Shown in pieces: positions 9,068 to 15,707 of a stretch of 32,000 bases of DNA (its first letter is position 1; every line of letters starts with the position of its first letter). The stretch is from positions 180,001 through 212,000 of the forward strand of contig NC_007969.1 of the NCBI RefSeq assembly GCF_000013905.1, given 5' to 3'. Source of the stretch: Psychrobacter cryohalolentis K5. GTDB taxonomy: Bacteria; Pseudomonadota; Gammaproteobacteria; Pseudomonadales; Moraxellaceae. The translations under genes were made by a program, and so were the position numbers. The notes beneath the pieces are model-generated. The model saw only the letters and a list, made by a program, of their open reading frames with translations. It was not told where the DNA came from and made no database searches.

Positions 9068-9973
9068 ATGAGCACAGCATACGACGATATTAAAACCCGA
9101 CTACAAGGCTCAATGGTAGCTTTGATAACGCCCATGCTTCGTGACGGCACGGTCGATTATAAACGTCTGGCAGACCTCATAGATTGGCAGATTGAACAAG
9201 GCACACATTGCCTTGTCGCTGTTGGTACGACTGGCGAATCTGCAACCTTGTCAATGCAAGAGCATAGCGATGTCATTCGCTATTTTGTACAGCATGTTAA
9301 AGGTCGTGTGCCGGTGATTGCAGGTACTGGTGCGAACAATACGGTGGAAGCCATTAAGCTGACCCAAGATGCCGCAGATGCCGGTGCAGATTGTGCATTA
9401 TTGGTCGCCCCTTATTATAATAAGCCGCCACAAGAAGGCTTATATCAACATTACAAAGCCATTGCTGAAGCTGTTAATATCCCGCAAATGCTGTATAACG
9501 TCCCTGGACGCACCGTCGTTGATATCGCGCAAGAAACAGTCGAGCGTTTAGCGGATATCGATAATATCGTTGCTATCAAAGACGCGACAGGTTCTGTTGC
9601 TCGTGGTGAGCAATTAATAAAAGCAGTGGGCGATCGTCTTGTTGTCTTGTCTGGTGATGATGGTAGTGCCCTTGAGCTGATGAAATTTGGTGGTAAAGGG
9701 AATATCTCTGTGACTGCCAACGTCGCACCAAAGGCCATGAGTGAAACCTTTACAGCAGCCTTGCGCGGTGATTTCGATACCGCAAGTCAAGTACATGATA
9801 TCGTTAAACATTTACATCGTGACTTGTTTATCGAATCAAGCCCTATTCCAGCCAAGTACGCTTTGCACAAAATGGGTATGATAGATCAAGGTATTCGCCT
9901 GCCGCTGGTATGGCTAGCCGAGCAACATCACGCGACGATTGATAGTGCTTTGGTTCGTGCAAACTTATTATAA
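9068..9973 (+). CDS. dapA: 4-hydroxy-tetrahydrodipicolinate synthase
   Basis: Motifs are GTTGES, YYNKP and IVAIKDATG (Schiff-base Lys context). The length is about 300 aa, and the gene sits in the dapA-lipoprotein-purC arrangement. Confidence 0.95.
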   Translation: MSTAYDDIKTRLQGSMVALITPMLRDGTVDYKRLADLIDWQIEQGTHCLVAVGTTGESATLSMQEHSDVIRYFVQHVKGRVPVIAGTGANNTVEAIKLTQDAADAGADCALLVAPYYNKPPQEGLYQHYKAIAEAVNIPQMLYNVPGRTVVDIAQETVERLADIDNIVAIKDATGSVARGEQLIKAVGDRLVVLSGDDGSALELMKFGGKGNISVTANVAPKAMSETFTAALRGDFDTASQVHDIVKHLHRDLFIESSPIPAKYALHKMGMIDQGIRLPLVWLAEQHHATIDSALVRANLL

Positions 9974-10008
9974 AATGATGCGTGTAAATGCTAACTCAGA
10001 GAGATAAT

Positions 10009-10323
10009 ATGATGAAAGTATCATCAATGACTGCAAAAATGTTCCCTGCTGTAATGACGGTCGTGTTGGGTAGTACGTTAGTATTAAGCGGCTGCCAAGC
10101 GACAAAAGAATTTATTGGTAAGCGTGACAATGGTAGCCTAGAGTATCAGCAAAGTAAAAAGTTGGCGCCGTTACAGCTGCCAGCTGCTCAAGAGACTGCA
10201 CCTTTTGTACCGCTTTACCCAACCCCTAATGCAGGCGCCAATACGCTCACATTACAGAACGAGTCTGGTAAACAGTACCAGCTACCAAAACCGCAACGCG
10301 CTGTTGCGAGTCGTACTGAATAA
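10009..10323 (+). CDS. small outer-membrane lipoprotein in the bamC (nlpB/dapX) position; resembles only the BamC N-terminal segment
   Basis: It has a signal peptide plus the lipobox LVLSGC. The remainder is Pro/Gln-rich with no room for globular domains. It lies between dapA and purC, where bamC lies in E. coli. The start is set at the ATG at 10009, after an AGAGAG SD. Confidence 0.7.
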   Translation: MMKVSSMTAKMFPAVMTVVLGSTLVLSGCQATKEFIGKRDNGSLEYQQSKKLAPLQLPAAQETAPFVPLYPTPNAGANTLTLQNESGKQYQLPKPQRAVASRTE

Positions 10324-10452
10324 AGTCTTTTTTAACCTTATCTATGCCGCTGATGCTTTTATCAATACTAATGTATCTCATTGGTTTTATAAGTTATCAG
10401 CGGTCGCTGCGCGTTTTTACCACATAAGCTTGAACGAACAGGAAACCTCCTA

Positions 10453-11166
10453 ATGCAAAAGCAAGAACTGCTCTATAAAGGCAAAGCCAAATCTGTTTAT
10501 GAAACAGAAGACAACGACCTGCTGATTTTACATTTCCGTGATGACACCTCAGCGCTTGATGGTAAGCGTATTGAACAACTTGCACGCAAAGGCGTGGTTA
10601 ATAATCGCTTTAACGCGTTTATTATGCAAAAGCTTGCTGACGCTGGTATCGAGACGCATTTTGAAAAGCAATTGTCTGATGATGAAGTGTTGGTCAAGCG
10701 TTTGGATATGATTCCGGTTGAATGCGTTGTGCGTAACTTTGCTGCGGGCAGTTTGGTACGTCGTTTAGGGTTGGAAGAAGGTCAGGCTTTGACGCCACCG
10801 ACTTACGAGCTATTCTATAAAGATGATGCGCTTGGCGATCCGATGGTTAATGAGTCAATCTCAATTTCTCTTGGCTGGGCAAATGACGCACAGCTTGTTA
10901 AAATGAAAGAGCTGAGTCATCAAGTAAATGAAGTTTTGACAGCGCTGTTTGATGCTGGTGATTTGATACTAGTAGATTTCAAACTAGAGTTTGGTGTATT
11001 TCATGACCGTATCGTCTTAGGTGATGAGTTCTCACCAGATGGCTGCCGCATTTGGGATAAAGCCACCAAGAAGAAGCTCGATAAAGACCGCTTCCGTCAG
11101 TCATTAGGTGATGTCATCGAAGCTTATGAAGAAGTGGCAAGCCGTATCGGTGTACCACTGAGCTAA
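10453..11166 (+). CDS. purC: phosphoribosylaminoimidazole-succinocarboxamide (SAICAR) synthase
   Basis: It is collinear end to end with E. coli PurC. Shared blocks are [44 protein letters not shown] and DKDRFRQ. Confidence 0.95.
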   Translation: MQKQELLYKGKAKSVYETEDNDLLILHFRDDTSALDGKRIEQLARKGVVNNRFNAFIMQKLADAGIETHFEKQLSDDEVLVKRLDMIPVECVVRNFAAGSLVRRLGLEEGQALTPPTYELFYKDDALGDPMVNESISISLGWANDAQLVKMKELSHQVNEVLTALFDAGDLILVDFKLEFGVFHDRIVLGDEFSPDGCRIWDKATKKKLDKDRFRQSLGDVIEAYEEVASRIGVPLS

Positions 11167-11195
11167 ATGTAGAAAAATTAAAACCGTCAAGACAT

Positions 11196-11228
11196 AAAAA
11201 AACTGAGCCATGGCTCAGTTTTTTTTGC
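11196..11228. terminator. bidirectional rho-independent terminator (purC / 131-aa ORF)
   Basis: The sequence is AAAAAAA-CTGAGCCATGGCTCAG-TTTTTTTT, a palindromic stem with an A-run on one side and a T-run on the other. Confidence 0.85.
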
Positions 11229-11239
11229 ACTTAAATTTA

Positions 11240-11635
11240 TTAGCTGTCTTTGCGAGCGTCTTTGATTTTCTTAGCAGCAAACTCCATGGCATCTGCCGCT
11301 TTATCTGCTAATGTACCGACCACTTCTTTTGCCTTTGTAGTAGCGGTATCAGCTAAAGAAGAGTCTTTATCGCCCTTACTTTTAGCATTTTTATCTGAAG
11401 ACTTACTATCTTTACTATCGTCTTTATCTGATGCTTTGTTGTCTTTGTTGTCTTTGTTGTCTTTGTTGTCTTTGTTGTCTGAGCTATTATTTGAATTCTT
11501 ACTATCAGAACCTTTATCAGTATTCTGATCTTTAGTGTCATTGGCAGTGTTGTTGTATTTTACATCATTTTTTTTGTCTTCTGCTTTATCACTACCATTT
11601 TGCTGCTTATTGCCTTGACTATTAGAGTTACTCAT
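11240..11635 (-). CDS. hyper-hydrophilic, intrinsically disordered protein (hydrophilin/LEA-like), function unknown
   Basis: An AAGGA SD lies 9 nt upstream of the ATG, and the gene ends 12 nt from the terminator. About 100 aa consist almost only of K/D/N/S/T/Q, including (DNK)5. The only structured-looking part is the C-terminal amphipathic stretch KEVVGTLADKAADAMEFAAKKIKDA. Confidence 0.65.
   Translation of the reverse strand: MSNSNSQGNKQQNGSDKAEDKKNDVKYNNTANDTKDQNTDKGSDSKNSNNSSDNKDNKDNKDNKDNKASDKDDSKDSKSSDKNAKSKGDKDSSLADTATTKAKEVVGTLADKAADAMEFAAKKIKDARKDS
11435..11479. repeat. perfect 9-bp tandem repeat x5 (TTTGTTGTC on the + strand, encoding DNK x5 on the - strand)
   Basis: I counted the copies directly: 11435-43, 11444-52, 11453-61, 11462-70 and 11471-79. 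All five are identical and in frame. Confidence 0.95.
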
Positions 11636-11844
11636 TGTTATATCCTTTTAATTTAATTATGTTTTTTAGTGTGGTATATCTGGGATCAAGATTACTATTA
11701 TATTGAGTTAACTGTCTGTATAACATCAGTTGCAATAAGTAATGGTGGTCGCTATCAGACAGCCTTTGATGGCTTTTTATGTTAAATTTATGCTGCTGTG
11801 ATAATAGAGTGTAAATACAAACCCTTATAAAAAGGTTATGACTG

Positions 11845-12483
11845 ATGTTAGCGTCTCAAGTTGTATCGAGTGTTGTGAAGCCATCTTGGTTTGCCCGTCC
11901 CACTTGCGTGGTGGCTGCCGACTTAATTGGCAAGGTGTTGTGTCGAGAGCTGACAGACAGCGATGGTCAACAAAAAATCTTGCGTATGCGTATCTCAGAG
12001 ACAGAAGCCTATATTGGCGAGGGGGATGCTGCGTGTCATGCGCATGCAGGCACACGTACGCCGCGTACAGAGATTATGTACCATATAGGCGGTGTTTTTT
12101 ATGTATACCTGACTTATGGTATTCATCATATGCTCAATTTGGTCAGTGGACCAACAGAGTCGCCAGAAGCTGTTTTAATACGTGCTGGATTTTTAATAGA
12201 GGGTAGCGCTCGCTTAATGAATGAGCAATTATTAGACGTTAATAGACAACTTAATCATATCAAACAGCTGGCAGGTCCTGGCAAGCTGACCAAGGGCTTA
12301 CAGATAGATAGAACGTTATACGGTAAGCCAATCACGCCTGCGTCAAAAGTTTGGGTGGAGGATGATGGTTGTCAGCCACTAGTATCATTACGCCCCCGTA
12401 TTGGCATTGATTATGCTGGCGACGCAAAAGAGTGGTTGCTGCGTTATATATGGACTGATCACCCTTCTTTGTCAAAAAAGTAG
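11845..12483 (+). CDS. mpg: DNA-3-methyladenine glycosylase, Mpg/AAG family
   Basis: Family blocks are LIGKVL, I.ETEAY.G..D.A.HA, RT.R...M....G..YVY..YG.H...N.V and VLIRA. The length is about 210 aa. Confidence 0.85.
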   Translation: MLASQVVSSVVKPSWFARPTCVVAADLIGKVLCRELTDSDGQQKILRMRISETEAYIGEGDAACHAHAGTRTPRTEIMYHIGGVFYVYLTYGIHHMLNLVSGPTESPEAVLIRAGFLIEGSARLMNEQLLDVNRQLNHIKQLAGPGKLTKGLQIDRTLYGKPITPASKVWVEDDGCQPLVSLRPRIGIDYAGDAKEWLLRYIWTDHPSLSKK

Positions 12484-12568
12484 AAAATTTTTTATAGTTT
12501 TAACTTAATTTTCAAGTATTTGATGAGGCAATTAATTTAATAAGGTTGCTATTTAATGGGGCTAGAAC

Positions 12569-12880
12569 ATGTATAAACTCACCTTTTTTGTACCAGACTC
12601 AGTATTAGAGCAGGTAAAGTCAGCGCTATTTGCAGCAGGTGCTGGCAAAATTGGCGATTATGAGCAATGTTGTTGGCAAGTGCAGGGGATAGGGCAATTC
12701 ATGCCACTCGTAGGTAGCACGCCACATATTGGTACACAGGACAGTTTAGAGAAAGTCAATGAATGGCGGGTAGAGATGGTGGTTGCGAAGGTTAATATTG
12801 GTGATGTCATTATCGCATTAAAGCAGGCGCATCCTTATGAAACACCTGCTTATGATGTGATTGAAGTCTTAGATTTTTGA
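12569..12880 (+). CDS. stand-alone YqfO/Nif3 insertion-domain-like protein (ferredoxin/PII-like fold), function unknown
   Basis: The pattern is KL.FFVP....E.V..ALF.AGAG.IG.Y..C.....G.G.F.P......P.IG......V.E.R.E..............L...HPYE.PAYDV. The length is 103 aa. Confidence 0.7.
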   Translation: MYKLTFFVPDSVLEQVKSALFAAGAGKIGDYEQCCWQVQGIGQFMPLVGSTPHIGTQDSLEKVNEWRVEMVVAKVNIGDVIIALKQAHPYETPAYDVIEVLDF

Positions 12881-12912
12881 TCGCAGTTTTCAATGCTTCT
12901 TAAAACAGACTA

Positions 12913-13284
12913 TTAGTCTTCTTTTATTTTTAAGACATTATAGCCGGGATAGCCAAGCTCGATTTTATAATCTTCACCACCGCGGTATGCTTTTACTTTT
13001 ATTTTGTTGTCGCCTTTTTTGTATTTAACGTCTTCAACACGGTAACCCATGCTACGGACTTTATTTGCTGCTCTTTGCTCGATAGCAGGACGGTAAATAT
13101 CTTTATCAACGTTATTGATGGTTTCTTTATGTTTCTTATAGACGCTACTGTCTTTATAAATATCTTCATAAAGGTCGCCATAAGGGTTATATCCAGGTGT
13201 CGTAACACAACCTGTGGTTATCGTTAATAGCACTGCTGCCATACTGCCCGCTGCTGTGGTTTTTAGTAAAGAGTTAATGTTCAT
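12913..13284 (-). CDS. lipoprotein with one PepSY-like module, function unknown
   Basis: It has a signal peptide plus the lipobox TTGC and a Tyr/Asp/Lys-rich linker. The module PAIEQRAANKVRSMGYRVEDV...EDYKIELGYPGYNVLKIKED follows. It is a paralogue of the next gene. Confidence 0.7.
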   Translation of the reverse strand: MNINSLLKTTAAGSMAAVLLTITTGCVTTPGYNPYGDLYEDIYKDSSVYKKHKETINNVDKDIYRPAIEQRAANKVRSMGYRVEDVKYKKGDNKIKVKAYRGGEDYKIELGYPGYNVLKIKED

Positions 13285-13365
13285 AAGATGATCTCAGTAA
13301 TGATATGAAAATTGCGTATGAAACGACGATAAATAGATAGTATACGATAAACAAAAAAAAGCGAT

Positions 13366-13405
13366 AAAAAATGGTCAAATAAACCAAGGGCTGGCTTATT
13401 TGACC
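13366..13405 (-). terminator. rho-independent terminator of the 207-aa lipoprotein gene
   Basis: The 10-bp stem is GGTCAAATAA / TTATTTGACC with an inner CC/GG pair. An A-run at 13366-71 on the + strand gives a T-run on the - strand. Confidence 0.65.
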
Positions 13406-13487
13406 GCGGACATCAAATACTAAATGATGCCAAAATTTGATAAATAATAGAACGAATAAATGTTATTTGGATGCTATGGCTTTAACA

Positions 13488-14111
13488 TTAATCTTTTTTA
13501 ATCTTGATTACATTCAAGTTTGGATAGCCAAGTGTAATCTCATACTCTTGTGAGCCGCGTTTGGCTTCAATCTCAAACACGCCACGATTGTTCTTTTGTT
13601 CAAACTCGATATCTTTGACTCGATAACCCATACCCTCAACTTTATTGATAGCACGGCGTTTAATCGCTGGATAACGTGATTCGTTTTTGATGCTATCTTC
13701 ATTTTTATAATGTTTATCTTTATATTTGCCATTATCTTTATAGTCGTTTTTATCATCCCAGACATTAGACCAAGGTTTTTTGGTCGAGCTGATCAGCCTA
13801 AGATCTGGTGAGCTGTATTTTAGTTCATACGCTTGATTATTTTTCTTAGCAAGAACCGTCAGCACACGGTTACCGCGGTAGCTCTCTGTTCTGACGTCCA
13901 TCACGTTATAACCTTTACGGCGTAAATCCTGACGCAGCTGCTGAATGGCACGGTTGTTTTCAGCGTGGTTATAACCGCTGTTGTCATTGTATATCGGATA
14001 ATTGTCATAACCTGAACCGGCGACAGCGCAGCCAGCAGTAACGCCGACGAGTGAAAATGCAAGTGAGGCAGAAAGGACAGTTTTAAACGAGAAAGGTTTT
14101 AACGTTTTCAT
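13488..14111 (-). CDS. lipoprotein with two PepSY-like modules, function unknown
   Basis: An AGGAG SD lies 8 nt upstream. The lipobox is TAGC. The two modules are NRAIQQLRQDLRRKGYNVMDV...QAYELKY and PAIKRRAINKVEGMGYRVKDI...QEYEITLGYPNLNVIKIKKD. Confidence 0.75.
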   Translation of the reverse strand: MKTLKPFSFKTVLSASLAFSLVGVTAGCAVAGSGYDNYPIYNDNSGYNHAENNRAIQQLRQDLRRKGYNVMDVRTESYRGNRVLTVLAKKNNQAYELKYSSPDLRLISSTKKPWSNVWDDKNDYKDNGKYKDKHYKNEDSIKNESRYPAIKRRAINKVEGMGYRVKDIEFEQKNNRGVFEIEAKRGSQEYEITLGYPNLNVIKIKKD

Positions 14112-14149
14112 GATGGAATCTCCTAAGATATAAGTTGACTTAAAAAGTG

Positions 14150-14177
14150 CTTATATACAGTTGCAAAATTTTGTCAA
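14150..14177 (-). promoter_or_regulatory. sigma70-type promoter for the 207-aa lipoprotein gene
   Basis: The minus strand reads TTGACA - 16 nt - TATAAG, about 40 nt upstream of the ATG. Confidence 0.5.
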
Positions 14178-14831
14178 TATATAATGCAGAATAACGCTAA
14201 CAATCATGAATAATACGCAAAATATGCTTATAAACTATGGATGTTTGTTCTTAATTATCGTTATTCTTGAAATATTTTCTTACATACACATAGTAAGACT
14301 TAAAGCTCATTAATACGTGTCGTTGGTGTTAAGAAGTTGTAAATTTTGCAAATAATTGCGTAAGCATTCGATACTTTGAGTGACTAAGGTGTTGCTTAGA
14401 ACAGCAAGTATCGCTAACACTTAGGTAGTTTGTATTAATTTTTTCTAACTCAAACATAGTTATTTATGTTAAAAGCTATTAATATCATATGGTTAAGTTT
14501 GTTGATATTCTGAATTTGAGCTCACGTAAGCATATGCTTACACGCAATGACGTTTACGCGACTTAACAGTAGCTCAATAATTTGACACTATACACACACG
14601 GCATAAGGGAATGTGACTCAAGGATTGAGTTGACCGTATTAAGGATAATATTTCAACGGCTAGCATCAGGATGATAATAGCAATTGGATTAAGGACACAT
14701 AACCCGTGTTGCAGGCAGATAATGCCACTAGTAGTAAAAAGGGCAGGATGCCCAACTGTCACAATATGCTCAATATCTTGCAAGGATGCAGCGATTAGAG
14801 CCGTGATGGGTAACAAGGATAGTTAACAATA

Positions 14832-14866
14832 AAACCGCATAACAATTAATTGCTATGCGGTTTTAT
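14832..14866. terminator. hairpin terminator, distal member of a tandem pair
   Basis: The sequence is AAAACCGCATAACAATTAATTGCTATGCGGTTTTAT, a long stem with one mismatch, flanked by an A-run and a T-run. Confidence 0.6.
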
Positions 14867-14921
14867 CGTGTCTGAGGTTTGAGCTTTGTCCCTGATAAGT
14901 ATCTGCTGATACGCTGAGCAT

Positions 14922-14953
14922 AAAAAAACCGCATTAGTTTCTAATGCGGTTTT
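14922..14953. terminator. rho-independent terminator of csbD (usable in both directions)
   Basis: The sequence is AAAAAAACCGCATTAG-TTT-CTAATGCGGTTTT, a perfect 9-bp stem. The 7-nt A-run gives the T-run on the minus strand. Confidence 0.8.
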
Positions 14954-15014
14954 CGTTTAAATAATCTGCCTACAAAAATTTTATCTTAACTCTTGTTACA
15001 AGCAGCACTATTTA

Positions 15015-15218
15015 CTAGTATTTATTTTCAGTACGCCATGCATCTACTTCACGCTCAGCATCGTCTTTACTATGACCATAACGCTCTTGTACTTTACCAA
15101 CGAGCTTATCACGGCTACCTTCAACATGTAATAAATCGTCATCAGTAAGGTCAGCCCATTTCTGCTTTGCTGAGCCTTTTACTTGGTTCCACTCGCCTTT
15201 TAGAGTATGTTCATTCAT
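15015..15218 (-). CDS. csbD: CsbD-family general stress protein (YjbJ-like)
   Basis: It is 67 aa with the pattern G.WNQVKG..K.KW..LTDDDL....G..D.L.GK.QERYG...D.A..E.. An AAGGAAA SD is present. Confidence 0.9.
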   Translation of the reverse strand: MNEHTLKGEWNQVKGSAKQKWADLTDDDLLHVEGSRDKLVGKVQERYGHSKDDAEREVDAWRTENKY

Positions 15219-15707
15219 TGCTATTTTCCTTGTTTTAGTTATTGCGTCTTTTGCAGTAGCTGTTATTTAAAAGTTAAATCAACAGGTTGCATCACGCTGT
15301 AGTATTCAAATTATTATTTATGATTCTTATTGCTAGTACAGTATTGCTGTTAAATAGCTTATTTCTTATATAGCGTATTTTAAATCACTTAACTATATTA
15401 CAAATAGCCAATGGCTAACTTGTGCTACTAATATATGAATTTCAAAATGCTTTGTCTGTATGGACAATGTTGATACTGTTGCTCAATTATAAAAAAAATC
15501 GTGACTGTGTTATGAGCAGTCTAGTTATGTAATCATTAGGATGTTTTGTCAGTGAGGTACGTAACTAAGGTGCATAACTACAGTGCACACATTTGACTAT
15601 GAGTTACAGCATCAGCGAGATATAGTAGAGAATAGACTGTCAGGAATCAAAGTCTTAAAAGGAATTCAGTATCTATTTATTGAGAACGACAATATAAAAC
15701 AGGGAGC

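Noticed and set aside
10324-10452. I looked for a PurR box or attenuator upstream of purC.
   Set aside because: There is no ACGCAAACGTTTGCGT-like palindrome. The only structure is a long-loop inverted repeat (CCGCTGAT...ATCAGCGG) of uncertain meaning. PurR regulation is not expected outside enteric-type lineages.
11250-11541. A Leu/Ser-rich 92-aa ORF lies on the + strand and a 62-aa ORF lies on the - strand, both overlapping the hydrophilic-protein gene.
   Set aside because: They are by-products of the 9-bp repeat read in other frames or on the other strand. They have no SD, and the AAGGA-led frame ending at the terminator is the coherent one.
14574-14816. The ORF track lists an 80-aa hydrophobic ORF on the - strand.
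   Set aside because: It has a TTG start with no SD, it begins directly against a terminator hairpin so there is no room for a promoter, and it has no recognisable family motif. I keep it only as one of several weak candidates in the orphan-region finding.
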